NCBI GenBank assembly: GCA_947627435.1
Contig: CANQWB010000001.1
Span: forward strand, 7,952-71,951
Length of the DNA stretch: 64,000 nucleotides
Direction of reading: 5' to 3'
Origin: an uncultured Bacilli bacterium
GTDB lineage: Bacteria; Bacillota_I; Bacilli_A; RF39; UBA660
Of the stretch, positions 40,113 through 50,801 are shown piece after piece. The stretch's first letter is position 1; every line of letters begins with the position of its first letter. A program made the position numbers and the translations under genes. A model generated the notes under the pieces. The model saw only the letters and a program-made list of their open reading frames with translations. It was not told the DNA's origin and searched no databases.

Positions 40113-40162
40113 GTAAAAGCAGTAAGTTAACCTTTTGCAAACAAATTAGAAAGCGTGATAGT

Positions 40163-40885
40163 ATGATTCGTTTTGCAGTATGTGATGATGAAAAAGAATT
40201 TCGCACCAGAGTTGTAAAAGCAATTGATAAAATATTTATGAAAAATACAATTGAATATGAAATAGAGGAATTTATTGGTTATGATAACAAATTTGAAGAA
40301 TTTATGGAACAATCATATACTTCAAAAATTTATATATTAGATATAGAACTTAAAAATAGTATATCTGGAATTGATATTGCGAGAAAAATTCGAAAAAGTG
40401 ATTGGGATAGTATTATAATTATGGTGACATCGCATTTTGATTTGGGATATGAAGCATTAAAAGCCCAGATTATGCTTTTAGATTTTATTTCTAAGTATGA
40501 TGAATGTGAAAAAAGACTTACGGCTGTTTTAAAAAAAGCAATTAGTAATATAGATCATAAAAAAATTCTCATATTTGAGACAAATGGTATATCTCACCGT
40601 ATTTATTTAGATGATATACTATATGTTACAAAAGATACTGTTGAACGAAAATGTATTATTCGAACAACTTATACCGAATTTGCAGTCAATAAGACCATGA
40701 ATCAAATGATTGAAGAATTAGATGATAGATTTTATTTAACACATCGAAGTTGTTTGGTAAATACAGAAAAAATTAGAACTATTGATTGGAAAAATAACAT
40801 CATTTATTTTGAAAAAGATGAATCGATTGATCTTCTAGCTAGAGATAAAAAGAAGGGATTGAAAGAATTTGTCAGCGTGGATTAG
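40163..40885 (+). CDS. LytTR-family response regulator (AgrA/ComE-like)
   Basis: MIRFAVCDDEKEF receiver domain, C-terminal LytTR domain; followed by cognate kinase. Confidence 0.8.
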   Translation: MIRFAVCDDEKEFRTRVVKAIDKIFMKNTIEYEIEEFIGYDNKFEEFMEQSYTSKIYILDIELKNSISGIDIARKIRKSDWDSIIIMVTSHFDLGYEALKAQIMLLDFISKYDECEKRLTAVLKKAISNIDHKKILIFETNGISHRIYLDDILYVTKDTVERKCIIRTTYTEFAVNKTMNQMIEELDDRFYLTHRSCLVNTEKIRTIDWKNNIIYFEKDESIDLLARDKKKGLKEFVSVD

Positions 40886-42158
40886 TTGGACACTGATAGG
40901 AACAATATATAACTTATTGTATTGTTATTTATTTGTAAAATTGACAAATCATAATGATCGTATTTTTCAAGTCAAATCTATATTGTTAAGTGTTCTATTT
41001 TCTCTTTTGAATTGCTATGTCATTCAAAAGGGTATGTTAATAAGTCCTATTGTTATGAATGTTTGTTCTATTTTCATTTTGTATTTATCTTATCAAATAT
41101 CTTTTTCTCAAGCGACGATTACTGCCTTGTTATTTTCGGTTATTGTATTTATTAGTAAGATGATCATTAGTATCCTATTACATATCCATCTTGTTGAATT
41201 GCAATATTTACAAGAGATCATTATCAGCAATCTTGCTTGTATTGTTTTAGTAATATTATTGATACATAATCGAAAAATACAACAATGTATTGTCATTTTA
41301 TTAAAATGGTGTACAAATAATAAAGCGCTTCAGATGACTGCAATTTCTATTTTAAGCGTTTCTACACTTTTCATTTTGTTAAAAGAAAATCTAATCCAAT
41401 GGAATTCATTATCCCCTTTATTCATTATTAATCTTTTCATAACATGTATAGTTGTATTTGTCATTCTATATTTAAAAGAAAATAATCGTAGAAATAAGCT
41501 GATTCAACAATATGATAGATTATTGATGTATCTACAAGGATATGAAAAATTGATTATTGAAAAGAGTAAAGAACAACATGAATATAAAAATCAATTAATT
41601 ATTTTAAGAGGTTTGATTCATCAAAAAAATAAAAAAGCAATTGCGTATATAGATAATATGTTAAATATCAATAGAAGTGAAACCAATTATGATTGGTTAG
41701 CTAAATTAAACAATATACTATCTGATGGTTTAAAGGGGTTAATCTACTATAAAATATCACAAATGCAAGATCGAAACATAGATATTATGGTAAATATTAG
41801 CCCAGAATTAAATTCCAAAAAATTATGGAAAGTATGTGACACGTATTTGCAAGATGTCAGTCGTATTATCGGTGTTTATTTGGATAATGCGATGGAAGCT
41901 GCTATGAATGCATCTAAAAAATATATCATTATTGAAACTGAATTACACAATAAAGATATTATATTTACTTTTTCAAATACCTATTCTGGTTTAGTTGATA
42001 TAGAAAATATGGATAGTCCAGGTTTTTCCACTAAGGGAAAAGGAAAGGGATATGGATTACCACTCGTCAAAGATATTGTGCAAAAAAATCAACATTTAGA
42101 GCAGCAAAGAGAAATTAATGGTATTTATTATGTTCAAAAATTAATCATTAAGCAATAA
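40869..42158 (+). CDS. AgrC/ComD-like sensor histidine kinase (HPK10 family, GHKL ATPase)
   Basis: 429 aa; TTG start; 6-7 N-terminal TM helices; C-terminal ATPase with N-box YLDNAMEAA and G-boxes GKGKGYGL. Confidence 0.75.
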   Translation: MSAWISWTLIGTIYNLLYCYLFVKLTNHNDRIFQVKSILLSVLFSLLNCYVIQKGMLISPIVMNVCSIFILYLSYQISFSQATITALLFSVIVFISKMIISILLHIHLVELQYLQEIIISNLACIVLVILLIHNRKIQQCIVILLKWCTNNKALQMTAISILSVSTLFILLKENLIQWNSLSPLFIINLFITCIVVFVILYLKENNRRNKLIQQYDRLLMYLQGYEKLIIEKSKEQHEYKNQLIILRGLIHQKNKKAIAYIDNMLNINRSETNYDWLAKLNNILSDGLKGLIYYKISQMQDRNIDIMVNISPELNSKKLWKVCDTYLQDVSRIIGVYLDNAMEAAMNASKKYIIIETELHNKDIIFTFSNTYSGLVDIENMDSPGFSTKGKGKGYGLPLVKDIVQKNQHLEQQREINGIYYVQKLIIKQ

Positions 42159-42493
42159 AAAACGGGGAAACCGTTTTTTATTTTCATTATCAAAAATTAA
42201 ATTTTTCGTTCTATAAGTTAGAAAAAACGCATTAAAAGTTTTGAGATTGTTCTAATTGGAATAGAAATAGAATGAAATATTTTATTGAATACAATTGATA
42301 CATAAATACCTACTAAATTTGTAATTTGAATTGTGTGAGACGTTCATATTTGATAACATAAGAACGTGCATTTCATATAAAGAACTAGATTTTTATAAAA
42401 ATAATGTCGAGTTTTTGGGGTTGAAATAAGTTGAACTGGCATCTAAGAATCAGTATATTTATATTGTAAGCAACAATATGCTAGAAGGGAGAT

Positions 42494-42712
42494 TTGAGTA
42501 TGCGTGGTAAAGTAAAATGGTTTAACAATGAAAAAGGCTTTGGGTTCATTGAATACAATGAAGGCGAAGATATCTTTGTTCACTATTCTTCTATATTATC
42601 AGAAGGATACAAAACTTTAGTTGAAGGACAATATGTTGAATTTGAACTTGTAAGAACGGATAAGGGACTACAAGCCAAAAATGTTGTCGAAATTAAAACT
42701 ACTCTAGTATAA
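42494..42712 (+). CDS. cold-shock protein (CspA family)
   Basis: RNP1 KGFGFI and RNP2 VFVHY motifs; long 5-prime UTR. Confidence 0.9.
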   Translation: MSMRGKVKWFNNEKGFGFIEYNEGEDIFVHYSSILSEGYKTLVEGQYVEFELVRTDKGLQAKNVVEIKTTLV

Positions 42713-42790
42713 GTAGTTTTTTTTTTGATGATAAAATTCTATTATTTTTCATCTGAATATGATATACTATAAATAGAAAGGAATGATGGT

Positions 42791-43321
42791 ATGACATTAA
42801 ATATTCGTGGTAATAAAATAGAGGTTACCAATGCAATTAAGTCTTATATTGAAGAAAAATTAGGGAAACTTGATAAGTATTTTGAAGAACCAGAGAGTAT
42901 CAATGCGAATGTAGTAGTCAGAATGAGTGGAATTGATCAAATTATTGAAGTTACAATTCCTCTAAAAAAAGCCGTGCTACGTGCTGAAGAAAGAGATAAA
43001 GATTTGTATGCAGCAATTGATTTTGTTACAGATAAATTAGAAAGACAAATTCGTAAGAATAAAACAAGAATGCACCATAAGAATAATAAAGAAATGATGA
43101 CTGCTTTTGTTGATTTTGCTATTACAGAAGAAGAACCAAAAGAAGGAACAATTGTAAAAAGAAAGACATTTGATGCCAAACCAATGAGTGAAGAAGAAGC
43201 AATGCTACAAATGAGCTTAGTAGGACATGACTTCTTTATCTTCAAAGATTCTGAAACAGAAAATATTGCAGTAATTTATAGAAGAAAAGACGGAAATTTT
43301 GGAATCATTGAAATGCAATAA
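42791..43321 (+). CDS. hpf: ribosome hibernation promoting factor (long HPF)
   Basis: 176 aa; N-terminal MTLNIRGNKIEVTNAIKSYIEEKLGKLDKY typical of HPF/RaiA; C-terminal dimerisation extension. Confidence 0.85.
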   Translation: MTLNIRGNKIEVTNAIKSYIEEKLGKLDKYFEEPESINANVVVRMSGIDQIIEVTIPLKKAVLRAEERDKDLYAAIDFVTDKLERQIRKNKTRMHHKNNKEMMTAFVDFAITEEEPKEGTIVKRKTFDAKPMSEEEAMLQMSLVGHDFFIFKDSETENIAVIYRRKDGNFGIIEMQ

Positions 43322-43374
43322 GAAAAAGGGCTTGAAAAATAGAGCCCTTTTATGATAATATGAATATGTCAAAT

Positions 43375-43450
43375 AAATCATAAGATAGTTTCAAATAGTA
43401 AGCATTTTTGATATTTACTATTTGTAAACGGGGGGGGGTAACCCTCTTTT
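43375..43450 (+). promoter_or_regulatory. conserved leader copy 2: same hairpin + G9 tract + CCC + T-run
   Basis: Hairpin arms 43392-43401/43415-43424; poly-G 43430-43438 (9 G). Confidence 0.45.
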
Positions 43451-43475
43451 TTTGTGATTGGAAGGAGTGAAAAGA

Positions 43476-44963
43476 ATGAAGAAGAAAGGATTTACATTGA
43501 TAGAATTATTGGCTGTAATCGTAATATTAGCAATTATTGCACTAATCGCAACGCCAATGATTATGGGAGTAATAGAAAATGCAAGAAAGAAAGCAGCAAT
43601 TCAATCAGTGAATGGCTTATTAGAAGCAGGAGAACAATATCAAGTAGAATCTATGATGGATGGAGCAAGAGAAACTGAAATCGATTTAACTGGTGATACT
43701 TTAGATATAAAAGGAAGTAAACCAGATAGTGGAGAACTCATCTATGATAGTTTAGGAAATATGAGTATTATAGCAAAATATGGAAAATACTGTATCGAAA
43801 AGAAATTTTTAGATGAAGAACCAACCATAGTCACAAGAAAAGAATGTGAGATGAAAGCATCAGAAAAAGCTAATCAAACAACAAAAATATATGGAGTAAA
43901 AAGAAATATAGAAAGTGAATCAACAGAATGGGAAAGAATAGATGATGGAATAGATTTAACAGCAAATGCCCAAATAGGACCAGATGCAACAAATGTAAAA
44001 AATGATTTTGATAGTGTATATCCATGGAGTGATATAGAGACATATACATATGATGTAGAGAAAAAAGAAGTAACCAGTTGGTATAATGAAGAAAAAGATA
44101 AATTCAAATTTGATGGAAGTAAAGGAGAAGTACTAACATATATACCAACATTCTATTATAAGAGATATCAAGAAGATGGATATGAATATATTTTAATAAG
44201 TAATAAAAATTTAGAGGGATATACAAGAAGTGATGCATTTTCAATAGGAAGATATACAATGTCAGGTGATAGCAATGCTGTACATAGTAAAAGTGGGAAA
44301 CAACCATTAACGAATAAAAAAATAAATGAATTTAGAGACTATGCAAGAGCATTAGGGGATGAATTTAGTCAATTAGATTATCATTACTTTATTATTCAAT
44401 TATTATATTTAGTGGAATATGCAGATTATGATTCACAAGTCAAGTTAGGACAAGGATATACAGCTACAAGCAATACTGCAGTTATTAAAAGTGGAGGTTG
44501 TGATGAATTAGGAATGAAATCAGGAACACTCAATAATGATGAACAACATTCTATGATATACAGAGGAATGGAAGATATCTATGGAAATGTATGGCAATTT
44601 GTAGATGGAATCAATATTAAAGATCATCAGGCATATGTATGTTATAATCCTAATCAATATGAATCAGACAAGTATGATGGATGTTATCAAAAACTAGGTT
44701 ATGTGAATGCAAATGTTAATGGATATATAAAGAAATTAGGTTATGATTCTAAAAATCCATTAGTGAGTTTTCCAACAGAAATTGGTGGAAGTGCTAGTAC
44801 ACATATTTCAGATAATTATTGGCATAATCCTGACAATAGAATAGCTATTGTCGGCGGTGCATGGTTCGTTACCAATCTTGGTGGGTTGTGGTATTGGAAC
44901 TTGTATCATGATTCGGGTGATACGTACGGCTACTTCGGAGCTCGACTTCTTAAAACTAATTAA
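43476..44963 (+). CDS. modular type IV prepilin-like protein, paralog B
   Basis: MKKKGFTLIELLAVIVILAIIALIATPMIMGV identical to paralog A; RBS GGAAGGAG; mosaic divergence in the first half, conserved C-terminal half. Confidence 0.7.
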   Translation: MKKKGFTLIELLAVIVILAIIALIATPMIMGVIENARKKAAIQSVNGLLEAGEQYQVESMMDGARETEIDLTGDTLDIKGSKPDSGELIYDSLGNMSIIAKYGKYCIEKKFLDEEPTIVTRKECEMKASEKANQTTKIYGVKRNIESESTEWERIDDGIDLTANAQIGPDATNVKNDFDSVYPWSDIETYTYDVEKKEVTSWYNEEKDKFKFDGSKGEVLTYIPTFYYKRYQEDGYEYILISNKNLEGYTRSDAFSIGRYTMSGDSNAVHSKSGKQPLTNKKINEFRDYARALGDEFSQLDYHYFIIQLLYLVEYADYDSQVKLGQGYTATSNTAVIKSGGCDELGMKSGTLNNDEQHSMIYRGMEDIYGNVWQFVDGINIKDHQAYVCYNPNQYESDKYDGCYQKLGYVNANVNGYIKKLGYDSKNPLVSFPTEIGGSASTHISDNYWHNPDNRIAIVGGAWFVTNLGGLWYWNLYHDSGDTYGYFGARLLKTN

Positions 44964-45099
44964 AAAGATAGTAAAAAAGAAATACTAAACTAAAATCCAA
45001 TGATTTGGATTTTTTTCTTTGAAGAAATGAAAGAAATGGTGAAAAAGACTTTATATCATATCATTTTTTTGGTAAAATATAATATAAGTTACAGAAAGG

Positions 45100-47601
45100 A
45101 TGAAACAGATGAGTATATTAAAAAAAATATTTGATCATGAATATAAAGAATTAGAAAAATTTAAAAAAATTGCGGACAAAATAATGGAATTAGAACCCGT
45201 TATTGAAAAATTGAGTGATGAAGAATTAAAAGAAAAAACTGAAGAATTCAAAAATAGATTAGCACAAGGAGAAACCTTAGAAGATATTAAAGTAGAGGCT
45301 TTTGCAGTTGCTCGTGAAGCTGCTTATCGTGTCATTGGAGAAAAACCATATTATGTACAAATTTTAGGTGGGCTTGCTATTCACGATGGAAATATTGCTG
45401 AGATGAAAACTGGTGAAGGAAAAACTTTAACTTCAACAATGCCAGCATATTTGAATGCTTTAACTGGCAAAGGCGTACATATCATTACAGTCAATGAATA
45501 TTTAGCAACTCGTGATGCTGAATGGATGGGAAATATCTATCGTTTTTTAGGACTTACTGTTGGTGTTAACTTAAGAGAACTTACGCACAGTGAAAAACAA
45601 CAAGCATATGCTTGTGATATTATGTATTCAACAAACAATGAACTTGGCTTTGATTATCTAAGAGACAATATGGTAGTCAAAGCAAGTGATCGTGTGGCAA
45701 GACCGCTTAATTTTGCAATTGTCGATGAAGTGGACTCTGTTTTAATTGATGAAGCGAGAACTCCATTAATTATTTCAGGTGGACATATGGAATCTGCTAA
45801 TTTATATATTGATGCAGATCGATTTGTAAAACGTCTAAAAGAAAATGACGGATATATTTATGATGAAAAAAATAAAGCGGTTACTTTAGATGAAAAAGGA
45901 ATTCACGAAGGTGAAAAATATTTTAAAGTAGACAATTTATATGATATTAATAATACAACTTTAGTTCACTATATTAATCAGGCTTTAAAAGCAAATTATG
46001 CAATGAAAAGAGATTTTGATTATGTAATAAATGATGGAAAAATCATTATTGTAGATCCATTTACAGGACGTTTAATGGCAGGAAGAAATTATTCGGATGG
46101 ATTACACCAAGCAATTGAAGCAAAAGAAGGTGTAGAAATTCAACAAGAAACTAGGACACTTGCAACAATTACGTTTCAAAATTTCTTTAGAATGTATCAA
46201 AAATTAGCAGGTATGACTGGAACTGCCAAAACAGAAGAAGAGGAATTTCGTGAAATTTATAACATGTATGTTATTTCAATTCCAACTAATAAACCAGTTG
46301 CAAGAGTAGATTATGGTGATTTAATCTTCGCAACCAAAAAGGGAAAATATAAAGCAATTATTAATGAAATTAAAGAAAGACACGAAAAAGGGCAACCTGT
46401 ATTAGTAGGTACGATTGCGGTTGAAACGAGTGAACTGATTAGTTCTATGTTGAAAAAAGAACACGTACCACATGAAGTATTGAATGCAAAAAATCATGCA
46501 AGAGAAGCAGAAATTATTGCCAAAGCTGGTGAAAAAGGTTCTGTTACAATCGCAACGAACATGGCAGGACGTGGAACTGATATTAAATTAGGTGAAGGTG
46601 TTAAAGAATTAGGTGGATTATGTGTGATTGGCACAGAACGACATGAGTCTAGGAGAATTGATAATCAATTGAGAGGTCGTTCTGGTCGTCAAGGAGATCC
46701 AGGTTTCTCACAATTTTGTGTTTCATTTGAAGATGATTTAATGGTTCGTTTTGGTACGGACCGTGCGAAAGCATTACTCGCAAGAGTTGGATTTAGTGAT
46801 GAGATGTCTATTCGTAATAAGATGTTATCTAGTTCTATTGAATCTGCACAAAAACGTGTTGAAGGAAACAATTTTGATATCCGTAAGACATTACTGGAAT
46901 ATGATGATGTTATTAATCAACAACGTGAATATATTTATGAAAAAAGAAATGAAATTTTAGATGCAGATTCTATTCATGAACGTGTATTAGAAACTTTTCA
47001 AAATTTTATTGTAGATCTTGTAGAAAGTCATATTGCTCCTGAAGGGTATTTAACGGAAAAAGATCATGCTGAAATTTTAGAATTTGTAAATGAACATTTA
47101 TTGAAATCAAAGATTACAGAGTCCAATATACAAAATAAATCAGTTGATGAAGTGATTAATTATTTATATGAATTGTTGGTAAATGAGTATAATGAAAAAC
47201 TAAAAGATGTTCCAGAAGAAGTAACAAAGGAATTTGAAAAAGCAATTTCATTACGTGTAATTGATACTCACTGGATGAATCATATTAATACAATGGCACA
47301 TTTAAGAGAAGGGATTCATTTAAGGGGATATGCTCAAGAAGATCCATTACGTGCCTACAAAACAGAAGGATTTGAATTATATGAAAATCTATTAAGTAAT
47401 ATTGATAAAGAAATTACGATGTTCTTAATGAAAGCTGAAATTAGACAAAATATTGAAAGAAAACAGGTTGTAAAAGGAGAAGCAGTTACTGATAATACAA
47501 AAACCAAAAAGGCAACGCCAAAAAAAGTGAATAAGATTGGTCGCAATGAACCTTGTCCTTGTGGCAGTGGTAAAAAGTATAAAAACTGCTGTGGAAAGTA
47601 G
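45100..47601 (+). CDS. secA: preprotein translocase ATPase SecA
   Basis: 833 aa; Walker A GEGKTL, DEAD-like DEVDSVLIDEARTPLIISG, C-terminal Zn-finger CPCGSGKKYKNCCG. Confidence 0.95.
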   Translation: MKQMSILKKIFDHEYKELEKFKKIADKIMELEPVIEKLSDEELKEKTEEFKNRLAQGETLEDIKVEAFAVAREAAYRVIGEKPYYVQILGGLAIHDGNIAEMKTGEGKTLTSTMPAYLNALTGKGVHIITVNEYLATRDAEWMGNIYRFLGLTVGVNLRELTHSEKQQAYACDIMYSTNNELGFDYLRDNMVVKASDRVARPLNFAIVDEVDSVLIDEARTPLIISGGHMESANLYIDADRFVKRLKENDGYIYDEKNKAVTLDEKGIHEGEKYFKVDNLYDINNTTLVHYINQALKANYAMKRDFDYVINDGKIIIVDPFTGRLMAGRNYSDGLHQAIEAKEGVEIQQETRTLATITFQNFFRMYQKLAGMTGTAKTEEEEFREIYNMYVISIPTNKPVARVDYGDLIFATKKGKYKAIINEIKERHEKGQPVLVGTIAVETSELISSMLKKEHVPHEVLNAKNHAREAEIIAKAGEKGSVTIATNMAGRGTDIKLGEGVKELGGLCVIGTERHESRRIDNQLRGRSGRQGDPGFSQFCVSFEDDLMVRFGTDRAKALLARVGFSDEMSIRNKMLSSSIESAQKRVEGNNFDIRKTLLEYDDVINQQREYIYEKRNEILDADSIHERVLETFQNFIVDLVESHIAPEGYLTEKDHAEILEFVNEHLLKSKITESNIQNKSVDEVINYLYELLVNEYNEKLKDVPEEVTKEFEKAISLRVIDTHWMNHINTMAHLREGIHLRGYAQEDPLRAYKTEGFELYENLLSNIDKEITMFLMKAEIRQNIERKQVVKGEAVTDNTKTKKATPKKVNKIGRNEPCPCGSGKKYKNCCGK

Positions 47602-47768
47602 TAGGTTTTATAAGGGTTTGCGATGCATAGGGTTTTGAAAAAATCATAAAAATACTTCAAAACTATAAAAATGTGCTCAAAATGTGCACAAAAAATTCAA
47701 CTTGTTCCCAAAAATGCCAAAAAACCCCGTAAAATAAAAGGTTTCCCAATGGGAACATTTTAAGTAAG

Positions 47769-48431
47769 GTGAAAAGTATGGAATGTAATATAAATTATGT
47801 TGGTAAATGGGGTCATGAAGATGTTTATTATTGTATTAATCATCATAAAAAAGCAAGTATAAATGGAAAAAAGTTAGATGAATGTATATGTAATAAAAAA
47901 GATTATGAAAAAAGTTTAGCAATAAATAAAGAAGATATATTCTCCATAAAATTTGTTTATCCAAATTTGTTAACTAATTTGGAAAGTATTTTAGAAGTAA
48001 ATGGTCAAAAAATAAATATATTATATATTGGTAGATCAATGTTAGAAAAACGAGATTTTGGAGGGCTTTTACTATCAAAATTGAATAATATAAATTTAGA
48101 AGTTGAAGTTTGTCCTTATTGTAATAATATCCATAGTGATGATGGCAAGTTTGCTTATAAACCGCATAATCCTCATTTATGTGCTTATTGCGGAAAATTA
48201 TTTCATGTTGATCATCCTAATATAGGCAATGAAATAGTAACTATCTTTAATATTCCTAATTTGAAACTTGATAATAAATGTCTTGAAATAAAATCAGAAT
48301 TAAAGATAGAATATGATATATTGAAAAATAGTTTACTAGTAAACAACATTTGTTGTAACAAAATAAGAATTAATAATGAAGAATATGATTTAAAAGATTA
48401 TCTTAATGAAAAATTATATAATGAATTTTAA
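47769..48431 (+). CDS. Cys-rich hypothetical protein
   Basis: 220 aa, multiple CxxC/CxC pairs (CPYCNN...CAYCGK); very AT-rich. Confidence 0.45.
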   Translation: MKSMECNINYVGKWGHEDVYYCINHHKKASINGKKLDECICNKKDYEKSLAINKEDIFSIKFVYPNLLTNLESILEVNGQKINILYIGRSMLEKRDFGGLLLSKLNNINLEVEVCPYCNNIHSDDGKFAYKPHNPHLCAYCGKLFHVDHPNIGNEIVTIFNIPNLKLDNKCLEIKSELKIEYDILKNSLLVNNICCNKIRINNEEYDLKDYLNEKLYNEF

Positions 48432-48498
48432 AAAGTAAAATTATATAATTTTTAGTATTGATAACAATGTTCCCATAATTTTATTTAGGAGATAGAAA

Positions 48499-49104
48499 AT
48501 GAATCAAAATAGAATTAGATATAGGCAGTTAGATTATACTATAAATGAATTTAGGAATAAATTAGGAGATTGGGATATTCCACATATGGGTTGTGGACCA
48601 ACTTCTATAGCTATTATACTTTCAAATTATGGTATAAAGTATGATCCTATTGAAATAGTAAAAAAGATAATTGTTGATAAAAATGGAAATTTTGATAATA
48701 CTTATTTAAAATCAAAAGGTATAAAACACGAGGGCTTAATATATTGCTTAGATAGGCTTATTAAAGAAGATAAAATAAAAATTGAATATGAAATAATAAA
48801 AATTAATTTTAATAATCCTGAAGAACAAAAACAGAGGATTATTAATAATATTAGAAATGGCAATATGGCTATTATTCATGTTGGGCCAGCAGATAACTAT
48901 GAAAACTATGAAGGTACTTTTTCCCATAATGGACATTACCTAGTAGTTAGTGATATAGATGAAAATAATAATTTTTATGTGATTAATCCAAATAAAATAG
49001 GTGATAATCAAATTGGCGTTCCATTTTCCTATAAAAGTTTAATTAGAGAAATTTATGGAAGAAAAGAATCGTTTAATTTTTTAGTTATAAAAAAAGTATA
49101 TTAA
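48499..49104 (+). CDS. papain-like cysteine peptidase (C39-like fold)
   Basis: Candidate catalytic Cys in HMGCGPTSIAIIL and His in HNGHYLVV, spacing consistent with C39/BtrH-like peptidases. Confidence 0.5.
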   Translation: MNQNRIRYRQLDYTINEFRNKLGDWDIPHMGCGPTSIAIILSNYGIKYDPIEIVKKIIVDKNGNFDNTYLKSKGIKHEGLIYCLDRLIKEDKIKIEYEIIKINFNNPEEQKQRIINNIRNGNMAIIHVGPADNYENYEGTFSHNGHYLVVSDIDENNNFYVINPNKIGDNQIGVPFSYKSLIREIYGRKESFNFLVIKKVY

Positions 49105-49166
49105 AATAGTGTTAAAAATTTTCTCGTTTTTTTGGAAAATAGAGAAAAATATTTAAAAATAGAGAG

Positions 49167-49667
49167 GTGCAAATGAGAATAAATTATTCGGATGAAGATG
49201 TCATAAAAGGAGAAAAATCTATATTCTTGGCTGGGCCGACACCAAGAGGTAAAGATACAATTTCATGGAGAATAGAAGCATGCAACATTTTAAAAAATAT
49301 GGGCTTTGATGGCATAGTATATGTTCCTGAATACTCTAGTTGGAAGCCAAAGGAAAGTTATGTTGATCAAGCAATGTGGGAAAGAATAGCTTTAAGTGAA
49401 GCTACTACTATAGTATTTTGGATTCCAAGACATTTACCAGATATGCCGGCATTTACTACTAATGTAGAATTTGGATATTGGTTACATACTGGAAAAGTAG
49501 TATATGGAAGACCTGATAATGCTGAAAAAATTAAATATTTAGATTGGCTTTATGAATTAGATTATGATAATAAACCAATAAATAATCTTCAAGAATTATT
49601 ACAGTTAGCAGTCATAAAAACTAATGAAACAAAATTAAATAAAGTATTAATAAATAACTTAAATTAA
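49167..49667 (+). CDS. nucleoside 2-deoxyribosyltransferase-superfamily protein (DNPH1/Rcl-like N-glycosidase)
   Basis: SIFLAGPTPRGKD parallels DNPH1 SVYFCGSIRGGRED; downstream acidic/Glu-containing NVEFGYWL region parallels the catalytic segment. Confidence 0.45.
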   Translation: MQMRINYSDEDVIKGEKSIFLAGPTPRGKDTISWRIEACNILKNMGFDGIVYVPEYSSWKPKESYVDQAMWERIALSEATTIVFWIPRHLPDMPAFTTNVEFGYWLHTGKVVYGRPDNAEKIKYLDWLYELDYDNKPINNLQELLQLAVIKTNETKLNKVLINNLN

Positions 49668-50566
49668 TGAAGGGGATTAAAATGGAACCAGATATAGTAA
49701 CAACCGAAATTATGGTAAAAGAAAATAAAATTGGAATAATGCGAGTTGGGAATGTTAATTATATTTCTTTAACCGATTTAGCAAAATATGCAAATCCCAA
49801 AGATCCATCTGGAGTAATAAGAAACTGGATGTCTAATAAGAATTCTTTTGATTATTATAGCTTATGGGAAGAAATTAATAATGAAAATTTTAATTCCGTG
49901 GAATCCCACAGAATTAAAATTGATGAAGTTCCATATAATAGATTTACTATGACTCCAAATAGATGGAAGAAAAATTTTAATGCTATTGGTATTATTCCAA
50001 GTAGTGGAAAATATAGTAAAGGCACTTTTGCCCATCCAGATATTGCTTTTGAATTTGCCAGTTGGTTATCACCAGAATTTAAATTATATTTAATAACTGA
50101 ATTCGAAAGATTAAAAACGAATGAAGCTTATCAATATAAAATTGAATGGAATGCTACTAGACTTTTATCAAAAGTTAATTATGTGGTCCATACAGATGCA
50201 ATTAAGAAATGTATAGTTCCAACTTTAACTGAAAAACAAAAACAATTTGTATATGCAGAAGAAGCTGATGTATTAAATGTTGCATTATTTGGAATGACTG
50301 CAAAAGAATGGAGAGAAAGTAATCCAAAGCTTTCAGAAAATGGAAATATAAGAGATTATACAGATCTGCTTCATTTAGTAATATTAAATAATTTACAAAA
50401 TACAAATGCAGAATTAATCGAAGAAAAAGTCCCTCAAAGAGAAAGACTTATTAGATTAAATAATTCAGCAAGAAGACAAATGGAAGCATTAAAAGATAAT
50501 AAAAGTCTTAAAGATTTAGAATTGTTACAAAAACAAGTTAATGAGAATAAGTTGATTGAACAATAA
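49667..50566 (+). CDS. KilA-N domain-containing protein
   Basis: N-terminal region IGIMRVGNVNYISLTDLAKYANPKDPSGVIRNWM matches the KilA-N/APSES pattern. Confidence 0.55.
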   Translation: MKGIKMEPDIVTTEIMVKENKIGIMRVGNVNYISLTDLAKYANPKDPSGVIRNWMSNKNSFDYYSLWEEINNENFNSVESHRIKIDEVPYNRFTMTPNRWKKNFNAIGIIPSSGKYSKGTFAHPDIAFEFASWLSPEFKLYLITEFERLKTNEAYQYKIEWNATRLLSKVNYVVHTDAIKKCIVPTLTEKQKQFVYAEEADVLNVALFGMTAKEWRESNPKLSENGNIRDYTDLLHLVILNNLQNTNAELIEEKVPQRERLIRLNNSARRQMEALKDNKSLKDLELLQKQVNENKLIEQ

Positions 50567-50801
50567 AAAAATTATATAATTATGTTGGTAAACGAATGTT
50601 GAAAATTTCCTCATTTTTTCTCATTTTGGAAATACCGATAATATGGATAATACTATATATACTGATGTTCCATTGAACGTATTTTCAAGAAATAACAAAA
50701 ATACGATAAATATGTAGGAATATGTATAAGTTACAAAAATGCTTTGAAGAGTAGAATATTTGAGGTAAAAAAAATTAAAAATTTTTACAAGGATTGATTA
50801 A

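Noticed and set aside
40103-40162. Upstream extension of the LytTR regulator ORF (MVECKSSKLTFCKQIRKRDS)
   Set aside because: This stretch contains a near-consensus TTGCAA-17-TAGAAT promoter and the predicted +1, so it is leader rather than coding; the start was moved to 40163.
39942-42493. Searched for an agrD-like peptide gene or agrB next to the AgrCA-like pair
   Set aside because: No small ORF with a plausible leader or amphipathic propeptide, and no AgrB-like or C39-ABC exporter gene flanking; reported as an absence rather than a feature.
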